Source: a virus. Taken from it: DNA of 64,000 nt. This document shows, piece after piece, positions 15,903-26,020 of the stretch. A program made the translations under genes and the position numbers. The notes under the pieces are model-generated. The model was not told the origin of the DNA, searched no databases, and saw nothing but the letters and a program-made list of their open reading frames with translations. The DNA is taken from IMG/VR virus record IMGVR_UViG_3300032116_000013, positions 64,001-128,000 of that record. One strand, given 5' to 3'. Numbering within the stretch: the stretch's first letter is position 1; every line of letters begins with the position of its first letter.

Positions 15903-16286
15903 ATGCTTCAAAACAAATATAATATTTCAATCTGGCAAGGTTCCACGTTTAATTTGTCCATTACTGTGCAAGATAATGATGGCTCAAATTTAGACTTGAA
16001 CACCTTTTCTGCTAGAATGCAAATTCGACCAAGTTACGATTCAGGTTCAATAGCAGAATCGCTAACAAGCGCAAATGGTGAAATAACAATAACTGGTAAT
16101 CTAGGTAAACTTGATCTAGAACTTCCTGCAGAAAGAACTTCAAATATCTATGTTGATCTTTCATCTACAACAAAACCACCTAAAAATACATACGTCTATG
16201 ATCTAGAGTTAGTAGACAATTCAACAAATACAGTCACTAAACTTATGTTTGGCGATGCAGTCGTTTATGGTGAAGTCACGCGATGA
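15903..16286 (+). CDS. Virion structural/adaptor protein
   Basis: QGSTFN...ARMQIR...YVYDLEL...GEVTR family that precedes fibre genes. Confidence 0.7.
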   Translation: MLQNKYNISIWQGSTFNLSITVQDNDGSNLDLNTFSARMQIRPSYDSGSIAESLTSANGEITITGNLGKLDLELPAERTSNIYVDLSSTTKPPKNTYVYDLELVDNSTNTVTKLMFGDAVVYGEVTR

Positions 16287-18529
16287 CAATTCAAGTATCT
16301 TCTATAGTTGAAACTGGCAATACCATAACAGTTGTTGCTTCAACAACTGGTACCACAGTTACTGTCCAAGATTCAGGATATCGTGGACCTAAAGGCGCAC
16401 AAGGTACACAGGGTGTTCAAGGTACACAGGGTGAAACTGGTTCGCAAGGTACAGGTGGATCAGGTTTTACATGGAGAGGTCCATGGAACTCTTCAACAGT
16501 ATATTTAATTAATGATGCTGTAGAATATCAAAATTCGTCATATGTTGCTATTACAAATCACAGTAACGACGCGCCTCCTGGAACTAATTGGAATCTGATT
16601 GCCAAGGTTGGATCGCAAGGCACTCAGGGCGTATTTGGTGCACAAGGAACTCAAGGTCTAGATGGTCTCTTTGCTGGTCAAGGTGCTACTGGTACTCAAG
16701 GTGTACAAGGTAGAACTGGGGCGCAAGGTACTATTGGCGCCCAAGGAACAACTGGAACTCAAGGCTCAGTTGGAACTCAAGGCACATTCGGAACACAAGG
16801 AACAACTGGTTCGCAAGGCATTCAAGGAGTCCAAGGCACTACTGGAACACAAGGAACATTTGGTGTTCAAGGAACGCAAGGAACGCAAGGAACGCAAGGG
16901 TTTGATGGCATTCAAGGCGCACAAGGGTTTCAAGGAGAGCGTGGTGACTTCGGCGGCGCATCTTTCTATTATAAATTTTTAACCAAAACTGATTCCAATG
17001 ATCCTGGTCCAGGAAAGTTAAATCTAAATGCTATAAATTTTTCATCTGCCACAAATCTATCAATTGATGATATAGATAGAAACAGCACTGATATTTCTAA
17101 CTTCCTACAAACTGTTGACGATTCAACGAGTTCGATAAAAGGAACAATCAAACTTACAGAAGAAGCGAATACATTAAATTTCGTAATACTTCACATCGTT
17201 GGAACTCACACAGAGGATCAACATCACTTTGACATTCCCGTTGCATATGTCAATGGTACAACAACACCATATGCAAACAACTCTGATATTATTATATCTT
17301 TCGCCGTTACAGGCAACAAAGGTGATACTGGCGTTCAAGGAACTATAGGATCTCAAGGTCTTTCAGGAACGCAAGGATTTTTTGGAACTCAAGGATCTGT
17401 TGGCTCGCAGGGAACGCAAGGAGTCCAAGGAGAAATAGGTTCTCAAGGATTTACTGGTACTCAGGGCACTCAAGGATTGTTAGGTATTCAAGGAGTCCAA
17501 GGAGAAATAGGCTCTCAGGGTTTCACAGGAAGCCAAGGGTTTACTGGGTCTCAAGGTTTACTTGGCTCGCAGGGAACTCAGGGAACAACTGGATCTCAAG
17601 GAACAACAGGCTCTCAGGGTTTCACAGGAAGCCAAGGGTTTACTGGATCTCAAGGTCAGACTGGTTCGCAAGGAACTCAGGGTCTACTTGGTTCGCAGGG
17701 TTTAACTGGCTCACAGGGTTTAACTGGTTCAGGTTCTCAAGGTATTCAAGGTCCTTCTGGTACTGGTGGCGGATCAGCCATCACAGTGAAAGACGAAGGA
17801 ACAACGATCACGACTTCTTTGGCAAGTTTAGATTTTGTTGGGGTTGGAGTTCAAGCGACAAATGTTGGAAATGATGTTACTGTAACGATAACTGGTGGAT
17901 CAGGCTCTCAAGGCACAACAGGATCTCAAGGTGTTCAAGGTACAACAGGATCTCAAGGCTTTACTGGAAGCCAAGGGTTTACTGGGTCTCAAGGATTCAC
18001 TGGATCGCAAGGTCTAAATGGTTCTCAAGGTTTAACTGGATCACAAGGTTTAACTGGATCAGGCTCTCAAGGATTACAGGGTATTCAGGGACCATCTGGT
18101 GGTGGAGGTGGTGGAGGCGGTCTATCCACTTTCCCAGTGAGTGCAAACTCAGGATCAACTATAACTGCGAATGGTCTAAACTTCATAAATACTTCATCTA
18201 TTCTAGTTTCAGTAGGATCAGGTGAAACTGGAAATGCTAATGTATCATTTGTAGTATACAATAGCAACGTCAGTAGTAATGTTGAAAACTCATTTGAAAC
18301 AGTTAGTAAGAATCTAAGAGCATATGATGCAACACTAACTTATACTTCTGGATCATTAACCAGCATCGCATATACAGTTCCAGCCGTTGGAACAATAACA
18401 AAAACATTAAATTATACTAATGGTGTTCTGACGTCGATAGTTCTATCTGGAAGCACACCAGGTGGAATTGAATTGACTAAGACTTTGACTTATACTAATG
18501 GAATATTAACAGGGTTCAGTTACTCATAA
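16283..18529 (+). CDS. Collagen-like fibre protein
   Basis: Long Gly-X-Y runs (GSQ/GTQ/GFT) interrupted by globular segments. Confidence 0.85.
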   Translation: MTIQVSSIVETGNTITVVASTTGTTVTVQDSGYRGPKGAQGTQGVQGTQGETGSQGTGGSGFTWRGPWNSSTVYLINDAVEYQNSSYVAITNHSNDAPPGTNWNLIAKVGSQGTQGVFGAQGTQGLDGLFAGQGATGTQGVQGRTGAQGTIGAQGTTGTQGSVGTQGTFGTQGTTGSQGIQGVQGTTGTQGTFGVQGTQGTQGTQGFDGIQGAQGFQGERGDFGGASFYYKFLTKTDSNDPGPGKLNLNAINFSSATNLSIDDIDRNSTDISNFLQTVDDSTSSIKGTIKLTEEANTLNFVILHIVGTHTEDQHHFDIPVAYVNGTTTPYANNSDIIISFAVTGNKGDTGVQGTIGSQGLSGTQGFFGTQGSVGSQGTQGVQGEIGSQGFTGTQGTQGLLGIQGVQGEIGSQGFTGSQGFTGSQGLLGSQGTQGTTGSQGTTGSQGFTGSQGFTGSQGQTGSQGTQGLLGSQGLTGSQGLTGSGSQGIQGPSGTGGGSAITVKDEGTTITTSLASLDFVGVGVQATNVGNDVTVTITGGSGSQGTTGSQGVQGTTGSQGFTGSQGFTGSQGFTGSQGLNGSQGLTGSQGLTGSGSQGLQGIQGPSGGGGGGGGLSTFPVSANSGSTITANGLNFINTSSILVSVGSGETGNANVSFVVYNSNVSSNVENSFETVSKNLRAYDATLTYTSGSLTSIAYTVPAVGTITKTLNYTNGVLTSIVLSGSTPGGIELTKTLTYTNGILTGFSYS

Positions 18530-18546
18530 TTAAAACTGTGATAACA

Positions 18547-18554
18547 TATAAATA
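18547..18554 (+). promoter_or_regulatory. T4-type late promoter
   Basis: TATAAATA. Confidence 0.75.
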
Positions 18555-18586
18555 ATCTAAAGAATTATTGATAGGAGTCTTCTAAC

Positions 18587-19027
18587 ATGTCAATGACAAA
18601 TGCTGCAGAACAGGCTTTCCTTGATCTGCTATTCTTAAACATCGATTGGGCAAACATTGGTGATGCCAGCGGGTTGCAAAACTCAGCCGCTGCTGGTTCA
18701 TTCTATATTTCTCTACACACTGCTGATCCTGGCGAGTCTGGCGATCAAACAACCAATGAAACAGCATATACATCATATGCTCGTGTGGCAGTAGCAAGAA
18801 CCGCTGGTGGTTGGACAAGAACAGCATCAACAATCAGCAATGCTGCCAAAATTACTTTCCCACAGTGCACTGGTGGTACATCTACCATTACTCACTTCGG
18901 AATTGGTACTGATTCGACATCAACAGGAAATCTTTTGATGAAAGGTACATTGACTGCAAGTTTGGCAGTATCGAATGGTATTCAGCCAGAGTTCGTTATC
19001 GGTGCTCTAACAGCGGCTGTTGACTAA
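18587..19027 (+). CDS. Phage virion/fibre-associated protein
   Basis: YISLHTADPGE...YARVAV...ITFP...THFGI. Confidence 0.75.
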   Translation: MSMTNAAEQAFLDLLFLNIDWANIGDASGLQNSAAAGSFYISLHTADPGESGDQTTNETAYTSYARVAVARTAGGWTRTASTISNAAKITFPQCTGGTSTITHFGIGTDSTSTGNLLMKGTLTASLAVSNGIQPEFVIGALTAAVD

Positions 19028-19028
19028 T

Positions 19029-19169
19029 ATGATTGTTTATATTTGCATGCACTGCCGCAAAGAACTTTACAAAGAAGGTGAAGAAGAAGTTCTTTGCGAA
19101 GATCACCCTTGGGCTCCAGCAGCCTATGTAAATGTTGAAAATGATTCGTCAGAAGAGGCTCCACAATAA
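19029..19169 (+). CDS. Small CxxC...CxxH protein
   Basis: MIVYICMHCRK...LCEDHP; TAATG-coupled to next gene. Confidence 0.55.
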   Translation: MIVYICMHCRKELYKEGEEEVLCEDHPWAPAAYVNVENDSSEEAPQ

Positions 19170-20056
19170 TGCCATTTAATAATGTTGCAGACTATGCTGA
19201 CTATAGAAGCGAAGGCGCATGGCAGCAGTCGCACTATTTCAAAACTGGTAATCCAGCAACAGGTGTTGTTGGTCGCTGGCTAGACTTGAGTATGGGCGCA
19301 GGTCACCCTGTTATTAATTTCTATGCTGCTGCGCCTCTATCTGCAACACCACTAACTAATGTCAATGGCAACAAAGGTGTTTATACAGGACCGAATCCAG
19401 GCACTGGTAAAACAAAACACTTGCACACATTGACAATTGACACAACTGCTGTCTCTGTACCATCATCGTATATTCTTGCAGATTATCTGATGTACTATCC
19501 ATTCATTGACACGGACTCTTCAGATCTCCAAATAATGGATAACACGGCAACTCTTCCAAGATACACAACAGGAGAGGGTGTTCAGTGTTTTGTTGTTAGC
19601 CAAGGTGGTATGTTGGGAGCAAACTTCAACAGTGTGTGTACAATGGAATATACAAACTCTGATGGAGTTACGGGAAGAACAACGACATTTGCACTAATAG
19701 GCACGCCAGTGACAGGAGTGTTGGTTTGCGCAGGTAGCAATGCAACTGCAGCGACAACAACTCAATGCAGCCCATTTGTTCCATTAGCGACTGGTGATAA
19801 AGGAATCAGATCAATTCAAAACGTAACTGTCACAACTCCAATTGGTGGCGTTTGTGCATTTGTGTTGTGCTACTCTTTGGCATCTATTCCGCAATTCACT
19901 AACGTCACTCAAGTAGAAAAAACATTCTTTAGCAGAACTGGCAGAGCACCAATGATATACGATGGAGCATTCCTTCACTTCTTGATGACTAATAGTGGAA
20001 CGGGCGGGGCTGCTCCTGGCGTGCTTAGATCATCACTGACATTTGTTTGGGGTTAA
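19169..20056 (+). CDS. Putative virion protein, paralogue A
   Basis: 295 aa; divergent member; ends LTFVWG. Confidence 0.75.
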   Translation: MPFNNVADYADYRSEGAWQQSHYFKTGNPATGVVGRWLDLSMGAGHPVINFYAAAPLSATPLTNVNGNKGVYTGPNPGTGKTKHLHTLTIDTTAVSVPSSYILADYLMYYPFIDTDSSDLQIMDNTATLPRYTTGEGVQCFVVSQGGMLGANFNSVCTMEYTNSDGVTGRTTTFALIGTPVTGVLVCAGSNATAATTTQCSPFVPLATGDKGIRSIQNVTVTTPIGGVCAFVLCYSLASIPQFTNVTQVEKTFFSRTGRAPMIYDGAFLHFLMTNSGTGGAAPGVLRSSLTFVWG

Positions 20057-20960
20057 TATGGCATTCACAGGCGTAGATGATTTAGTTTCTGAAATTTCTA
20101 ATGAAAAAATCTTTAGAGCGGATTGGCAGTACCACAATCAATTTGCACCCACTACAGTTAGTATCTCTGTCGGTTTAGATCTGGGATCGTCTCCTGGTCA
20201 GTACGGCGCACCAAATGCATTCCCAGGAACTGCGCTAAACTGGGTTACGTGTAATGAGTCTGCTGGCAATGGTACGCAAATATTTGGCATTCCACATGGC
20301 GGCAACGTTTCCCCCGATAAAAAACATTTAATTAGTGCAATTACTGTCCACCCTGCAGGACCTCCAGTCGTTGGTGGTAATCTCGTTCTAGTGGATTTAC
20401 AGGGTTATTGGCCAGGCATTTCTCACACAACTACAACAACACAAACACTTGTTGGCACACCATCATTGCGTTATGCAAATGGTGATGGATGTAGATTGTA
20501 CATGGTTACGACAACTGGACTTGGTGCAACTGCGCATAATATTCGTATAAATTATTACGATCAAGGCAATAACCTAGCAAATACAGGTCTTGTTGCTGCA
20601 AGAGTTTCTTCTGTTGTTGGTCAAATTAATAGTTGTTTACCAGGCGCTGCTCCATCTCTATATTTTCCACTAGTAGATGGTGATACTGGAGTTCAAAATG
20701 CTGCCAACGTGACTATGTCTGCAGCATCTACTGCTGGAGTTTCAGCCTTGTGTTTAGCAAGACCACTTATTCACATTCCATTAGTTACAGCGGCGCATGT
20801 TGCGAACGAAAAAGAATTCGTATACCAAACACCAAGCATGCCAGAAATTAAAGATGGAGCATGTTTGACATGGCTTTACTTTAGTGGTACTGGTGGTACT
20901 AGTTCGACGGTCGCGGCAGGTACAAACTTTTATGGTGAAATACAGGTTGCCTGGGGCTAG
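20043..20960 (+). CDS. Putative virion protein, paralogue B1
   Basis: VDLQGYWPGI, GTPSLRY, GDTGVQN, DGACLTW, ...AWG. Confidence 0.8.
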   Translation: MFGVNMAFTGVDDLVSEISNEKIFRADWQYHNQFAPTTVSISVGLDLGSSPGQYGAPNAFPGTALNWVTCNESAGNGTQIFGIPHGGNVSPDKKHLISAITVHPAGPPVVGGNLVLVDLQGYWPGISHTTTTTQTLVGTPSLRYANGDGCRLYMVTTTGLGATAHNIRINYYDQGNNLANTGLVAARVSSVVGQINSCLPGAAPSLYFPLVDGDTGVQNAANVTMSAASTAGVSALCLARPLIHIPLVTAAHVANEKEFVYQTPSMPEIKDGACLTWLYFSGTGGTSSTVAAGTNFYGEIQVAWG

Positions 20961-21000
20961 TGATAAATAATTCAAATAAACAGTTTTTGGAGAACATAAC

Positions 21001-21882
21001 ATGAGTTTTTCCTCAATGGATGATCTAATTTCCGAGATGGCTAACGGAAAGACAAACAGATACGAATGGAACAAAGTTACTGGTGCTGCTGCATATACTG
21101 CAGGTCGTTGGTATGACTTTAGTTCTGTTGGTGGTTCACCAATCGCTAACGCATGGGCTGGCACAGCATTGAACTGGAAAACGTGCGATGAAAGCACTGG
21201 TAACGGTACTCAGATTTTTGGCATCCCGCATTTTGGCAACGTAAGCACAGATACAAAACACATTATCAACGTTATGGCAACCACTGCAGTTGCAACTGGT
21301 GTTCCTGGACAGTTGATGCTTGTCGATCTTCAAGGGTACTGGCCAGGTATTTCAACGAACTCTGCTTCGGCTCAAACTCTAGTGGGAACTCCATCATTAC
21401 GTTATGCTAACGGTGCTGGTTGTAGATTGTTTTTTGTAGCGACGGTTGCTTCTGGCGCCACTGCTCATAATATGTCGATATCATATACCAATCAAGCAGG
21501 AACAGGTTCAAGAGCATTTCCCTCAACAGTTGGTATGACCGCTTCAGCGATCGCTGGACACATTTCTCATTCAGGAACTGCAGCATTGAATTATGGTCCT
21601 TTCTTGCCTCTTGCTAATGGTGACACTGGCGTTCAAAACGTAGCGACCGTTACATTCTCAGCAGCATCGGGTGCTGGTACTGGCGCATTATGTTTGGCTC
21701 GTCCTCTGTTGACCATTCCATTGGTCACTGCTGCTGTTGCAAACGAAAGAGACCTACTGAATCAGTTGCCATCACTACCAAGAGTTCTCGATGGCGCATG
21801 TTTAGTTTGGTTGTACTATGCTGGTGCAGCAACTGCTGCAGCCACAAACTTCTATGGTTCTCTTGAATACGTGTGGGGCTAA
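21001..21882 (+). CDS. Putative virion protein, paralogue B2
   Basis: Same motifs; own SD and GATAAATA upstream. Confidence 0.8.
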   Translation: MSFSSMDDLISEMANGKTNRYEWNKVTGAAAYTAGRWYDFSSVGGSPIANAWAGTALNWKTCDESTGNGTQIFGIPHFGNVSTDTKHIINVMATTAVATGVPGQLMLVDLQGYWPGISTNSASAQTLVGTPSLRYANGAGCRLFFVATVASGATAHNMSISYTNQAGTGSRAFPSTVGMTASAIAGHISHSGTAALNYGPFLPLANGDTGVQNVATVTFSAASGAGTGALCLARPLLTIPLVTAAVANERDLLNQLPSLPRVLDGACLVWLYYAGAATAAATNFYGSLEYVWG

Positions 21883-21885
21883 TCA

Positions 21886-22740
21886 ATGCCAATTAATTCA
21901 CTAGACCATTTGATGAGAAAAACCACTGACGGCTCTTTGTTCAGTGCTGACTGGATGTTAACAACTAACATTGCTTTTGCTGCTGGTCGTTGGCAAGATA
22001 TGTCTAGAAATGGGATTTACCCATCACCAAATCTTTATCCTGGAACATCACTGACATGGGTAGATTGTAATTCTTCCACTGCATTCGCAATTCCAACAGG
22101 TCCTGATACCATCGCTGGATCTGGGATGACTAAACACTGCATTTTTGCAAGTGCTTTAACTGCTGCCCCAGCAGGTGTTCCAGGTATGTTTGTATTGGTT
22201 GATCTACAAGGTTATTGGCCAGGTATCAATACTGCCACTACGTTGCTACAAACATTATCTGGCACACCATCATTACGTTATACTAATGGCGAAGGGTTGA
22301 AATTATACCCCGTTGTGACAGCCACAACAAGCACTGGTACACCAAACATATCACTATCTTATACAAACCAAGCGGGAACTTCGGGGCGCGCATTGGGTCA
22401 AACTGTCACTTGCGTTGCATCTTCTCCAATCGGATCACTTTATGCTAATTTGTGGGCTCCATTTTTACCACTTGCTGGCGGTGATACTGGAGTTCAAAAC
22501 GTAGCAACGGTCCAGATGTCTGCAGCAACTACAGGAGCGATTGCTTTGTGTTTGGCGAAACCAATTTTAACTGTACCAGTTGCAACTGTCAGTAATATGG
22601 TTGAAAGAGATTTCGTAAATCAATTTACCAGTTTACCTAGAATTATGAACAACGCATGTTTAACTTGGTTGTTTTATCCTGGTGCTGCTACTGTTATTAA
22701 TAGTAATTTCTATGGCTCACTCGAATTTGTTTGGGGATAA
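21886..22740 (+). CDS. Putative virion protein, paralogue B3
   Basis: Same motifs. Confidence 0.8.
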   Translation: MPINSLDHLMRKTTDGSLFSADWMLTTNIAFAAGRWQDMSRNGIYPSPNLYPGTSLTWVDCNSSTAFAIPTGPDTIAGSGMTKHCIFASALTAAPAGVPGMFVLVDLQGYWPGINTATTLLQTLSGTPSLRYTNGEGLKLYPVVTATTSTGTPNISLSYTNQAGTSGRALGQTVTCVASSPIGSLYANLWAPFLPLAGGDTGVQNVATVQMSAATTGAIALCLAKPILTVPVATVSNMVERDFVNQFTSLPRIMNNACLTWLFYPGAATVINSNFYGSLEFVWG

Positions 22741-22743
22741 GTA

Positions 22744-23619
22744 ATGGCATTTCAAGCACTTGATCATATGATTCAAAAAGTTTCTGGCGGTAACTTTTAT
22801 CGCTGGGATTGGTCTGCTGTTATCCCTGCTACACTTACCGCATCTAGATGGTACGATCTAAGTTCTACAATGCGTAGCCAACCAGCCAATGCTTGGGCGG
22901 GTACTTCCTTGGCATGGCGCACGTGCGATGAGTCTACTGGAAATGGAACTCAGATTTTTGGAATGCCTCATGGTGGCAACGTAAGCACTGCAACAAAGCA
23001 TGTGATAACTGCTACAGGGGGGAGTGGCACCTCGACGGCATTGGGTGTGCTGCAACTAATAGACATGCAAGGTTATTGGCCAGGCATTTCAACTGCTTCT
23101 GCATCAGCACAAACATTAACAGGCACACCATCATTACGTTACACAAATGGCGCTGGTTGCAGATTGTATTGGGTGCAAACTGTTGCTGCTGGTGCCACTC
23201 CACACAACATTGCTTTGTCGTATACAAATACTGCAGGAACTCCAGGACAAGCACTCGGTAGAACAGTGTCGATGACTGCATCTGCAATCGTCAATCACAT
23301 CTCACATTCAGGAACTGCAGCAGGTAATATTGGTCCATTTCTTCCGCTGGCTGCTGGCGACACTGGTGTTCAAAATGTTGCATCAGTTACATTCTCAGCC
23401 TCTTCTGGTGCTGGTTCTGGTGCGCTAGTGTTAGCAAAACCGTTATTGACAATACCTCTCACAACAGGATTTTTGTTGACTGAGAGAGACTGTATCAGCA
23501 TGCTACCAAGTTTACCAGAAATCAAAGATGGTGCATGTTTGACGTGGATGTTTTATACACATGCAGCAACTGCTGCTAGTTCTAATATGCACGGCAATTT
23601 AGATCTCGGATGGGCATAA
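22744..23619 (+). CDS. Putative virion protein, paralogue B4
   Basis: Same motifs. Confidence 0.8.
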   Translation: MAFQALDHMIQKVSGGNFYRWDWSAVIPATLTASRWYDLSSTMRSQPANAWAGTSLAWRTCDESTGNGTQIFGMPHGGNVSTATKHVITATGGSGTSTALGVLQLIDMQGYWPGISTASASAQTLTGTPSLRYTNGAGCRLYWVQTVAAGATPHNIALSYTNTAGTPGQALGRTVSMTASAIVNHISHSGTAAGNIGPFLPLAAGDTGVQNVASVTFSASSGAGSGALVLAKPLLTIPLTTGFLLTERDCISMLPSLPEIKDGACLTWMFYTHAATAASSNMHGNLDLGWA

Positions 23620-23620
23620 A

Positions 23621-24106
23621 ATGTTAAGATATAATTTCAACAATGCCACTGGTCTTTGTGCAAGACAGTTTGGAACTACTTACGGACTGCAAAGATATTT
23701 TTACAGCAGAACCGAACTCCGTAACATGTATGCGGGAGACGGATTAGAAAACAATAAGGCAGGTATCCCAAACGGTCATACTGAACCCAGTTCTTGGGTT
23801 ATCCCTCAATCGACTGGTTCTATTTCTGCTTACGAAGAAACCAGAACAGTAATGAGTTTGTCATTGGCTGTTGGCTCTCCTCTAGCAGGAAATGGAAATA
23901 CCACATTTGCAGTTACAACTTCTGGTACACTCGCAGGTATTGGTAATATAATTGGCGCCGTTACACCGTTCACTGAATTGAGTCCAAAGAATCTTGCTGA
24001 TGCTGTTTGGACTGCTGAGTCAAACCAATACACAACAGCAGGAACGATGGGCAAGAACGCAAATGATGTCAAGACTAATAGCGGTTTGATTCCTGCACTA
24101 GTTTAA
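23621..24106 (+). CDS. Putative virion protein closing fibre module
   Basis: 161 aa; IPNGHTEPSSW...LADAVW...GTMGK. Confidence 0.65.
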   Translation: MLRYNFNNATGLCARQFGTTYGLQRYFYSRTELRNMYAGDGLENNKAGIPNGHTEPSSWVIPQSTGSISAYEETRTVMSLSLAVGSPLAGNGNTTFAVTTSGTLAGIGNIIGAVTPFTELSPKNLADAVWTAESNQYTTAGTMGKNANDVKTNSGLIPALV

Positions 24107-24121
24107 GGTATAATTTTCGTT

Positions 24122-24448
24122 ATGAAGAAATTTACATTTGATGATCTACAGCCACACGTGGATATGCTCTGCGATGCATTAGAAAATCGCGGAGCATCTT
24201 CCTCTGGCATTCCCAACGAAGCAGTCTATCCGCAAGCGAAAGCGTATCGCAATCTTTTGTCTAAGGTAAGATCAAAGTCCATTACAGGATATGATCTTGA
24301 GATGATGCTTCATACTCTTGCGAACGAAACCCTTGATCTTGCTAAAAACAATCAATCGCATAGAATTGGTAAGATTGTATCAGCCCTTGACTTTTATGTC
24401 CGAAAAGAGTACAATAGTATCTGTTCGACAAATTATAGCAATAGGTGA
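24122..24448 (+). CDS. Hypothetical protein
   Basis: 108-aa ORF. Confidence 0.65.
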   Translation: MKKFTFDDLQPHVDMLCDALENRGASSSGIPNEAVYPQAKAYRNLLSKVRSKSITGYDLEMMLHTLANETLDLAKNNQSHRIGKIVSALDFYVRKEYNSICSTNYSNR

Positions 24449-24453
24449 ATAAA

Positions 24454-24567
24454 ATGGAATTTATCGCAGCAAATTTAATCGGTGCATTCGCAATTACAAT
24501 TGCGGTTCTTAGTTGCATCGTTCCGCAACTTTGGGATCGTATTCGGGGAAATGATTCTAATGATTGA
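24454..24567 (+). CDS. Small membrane protein
   Basis: 37 aa, hydrophobic, SD aggtg. Confidence 0.5.
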   Translation: MEFIAANLIGAFAITIAVLSCIVPQLWDRIRGNDSND

Positions 24568-24568
24568 T

Positions 24569-24790
24569 ATGCATTTTACAAATGTTCTGAATCTTGTTGA
24601 TTCGATTGATAATGTTCATCTTTCTGATGCATATGTGTCTATCGAAAAAGAAAGAGTAGACGAGTTAGTTCAATTTCTTAAAGAGCATGATATTCAATCA
24701 GCAGTTGTGAATTGGAATCATCCAGAAAGTTTGTATGTTGGTGAGGATAAAACTAAAAAAGATCTAGTGGTTCTTGCAATACATTGGTGA
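24569..24790 (+). CDS. Hypothetical protein
   Basis: Start uncertain (24560 or 24569). Confidence 0.55.
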   Translation: MHFTNVLNLVDSIDNVHLSDAYVSIEKERVDELVQFLKEHDIQSAVVNWNHPESLYVGEDKTKKDLVVLAIHW

Positions 24791-24834
24791 TTCTCTAATA
24801 AATATTTTATTATGCGTAGAGTGATGAGGAAGAT

Positions 24835-25407
24835 ATGTCTCTCGTACTGATTGTTGATAAGGGTGGTACACCTAAAGATTGGGCAAATCATGAAATCGCA
24901 GCATGTTACTATGCTCGCGAGAAAGTGCTATGGGAACTTGGAACAAAGATCAAGACCATGCTCGGCGGACACAATCAATACGGCGAGCAATCAAGAATTG
25001 AAATTTCATCAATCATCGGCGTATCAGGTCCGATCCTTGGTGACAAATTCTACAACACTCAAACAGTATTTGCGGATCGCATGACGCTGTACGCTCGCGA
25101 TCAACATATTTGCGCTTACTGTGGCGATGAGTTTTCAACCAGTTCTTTGACGATCGATCACGTGCACCCAAAGTCGCGTGGTGGCACAAACCACTGGACA
25201 AATTGCGTAACTGCGTGTCGTCCTTGCAATCATCGTAAGGGTTGGAAAACTCCAGAAGAAGCAAAGATGCATTTGCTATACGTTCCTTATGCGCCAACAG
25301 TGCACGAAAGAATTCTATTGAAGAATCGTAAGGTATTAGCGGATCAAATGGAGTTCTTGAAGGCAAGCATTCCAAAACATTCTAGAGTGTGGAGAAAATT
25401 ATCATGA
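24835..25407 (+). CDS. HNH endonuclease
   Basis: CAYCG...TIDHVHPKSRGG...NCVTACRPCNHRK. Confidence 0.9.
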   Translation: MSLVLIVDKGGTPKDWANHEIAACYYAREKVLWELGTKIKTMLGGHNQYGEQSRIEISSIIGVSGPILGDKFYNTQTVFADRMTLYARDQHICAYCGDEFSTSSLTIDHVHPKSRGGTNHWTNCVTACRPCNHRKGWKTPEEAKMHLLYVPYAPTVHERILLKNRKVLADQMEFLKASIPKHSRVWRKLS

Positions 25408-25592
25408 GCGAATATCTAGTTGATAAGGTTCGCAATATCGGATTTGATATGCGAGACAATTATATGGATGGTTACACTCAGTTTCACGCAAAGAAAAAGT
25501 TGTACAAACTTTTGTGGGAAATTGAAAAGCAACTCAAGGATGCGCCAACTTTCGTCGGCGAAGAAGAGTGGCTAAAGGAATATGGTAAGTAA
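25404..25592 (+). CDS. Hypothetical protein
   Basis: ATGA-coupled 62 aa. Confidence 0.65.
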   Translation: MSEYLVDKVRNIGFDMRDNYMDGYTQFHAKKKLYKLLWEIEKQLKDAPTFVGEEEWLKEYGK

Positions 25593-25594
25593 TA

Positions 25595-25699
25595 ATGGCA
25601 GGGAAAGGAAGCAAGCCTAGACCACTGAGTGTTCCGCGAAAACAGTTTGATGATAACTGGGAACGCATTTTTGGAAAAAAGAAACAACCTAAAAAGTGA
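25595..25699 (+). CDS. Small conserved phage protein
   Basis: MAGKGSKPRPLSV...FDDNWERIF. Confidence 0.7.
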   Translation: MAGKGSKPRPLSVPRKQFDDNWERIFGKKKQPKK

Positions 25700-25705
25700 G
25701 AGTAT

Positions 25706-26020
25706 ATGAAATATTTTGAGTTTAGTGGAAAGGTACAGCGATCAGAGTTCTGGGCTACTAGCATTATTCTTTTCGTTCTGTTTTTTATCTGCATTGTGTC
25801 AGCAACAGCCATAACAGCATTTAATATGTTTATTGGAATCATTGCTGTCCTTGCTACGATCGTTGCTTCTGCTTGGGCGCAGATGGCAGTGATTGCGAAG
25901 CGTTGCCGTGATGCAGGAATCAATCCTTGGTGGACTGCAGCGTGTTACATTCCCTATCTTGGATTTATCATTTGGATCGTTATCGGATGTCTTTCAACAG
26001 ACAAGGAAGTGCAAGCATGA
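25706..26020 (+). CDS. DUF805 inner-membrane protein
   Basis: FSGKVQRSEFW...AKRCRDAGINPWW... Confidence 0.85.
   Translation: MKYFEFSGKVQRSEFWATSIILFVLFFICIVSATAITAFNMFIGIIAVLATIVASAWAQMAVIAKRCRDAGINPWWTAACYIPYLGFIIWIVIGCLSTDKEVQA

Noticed and set aside
19169-23619. Paralogue array (or the Imm5-like pair) as DGR template/variable repeats
   Set aside because: No reverse transcriptase in the window and differences are not adenine-specific
24835-25407. HNH as an intron-encoded homing element
   Set aside because: Free-standing in an operon; no split host gene or group I structure seen
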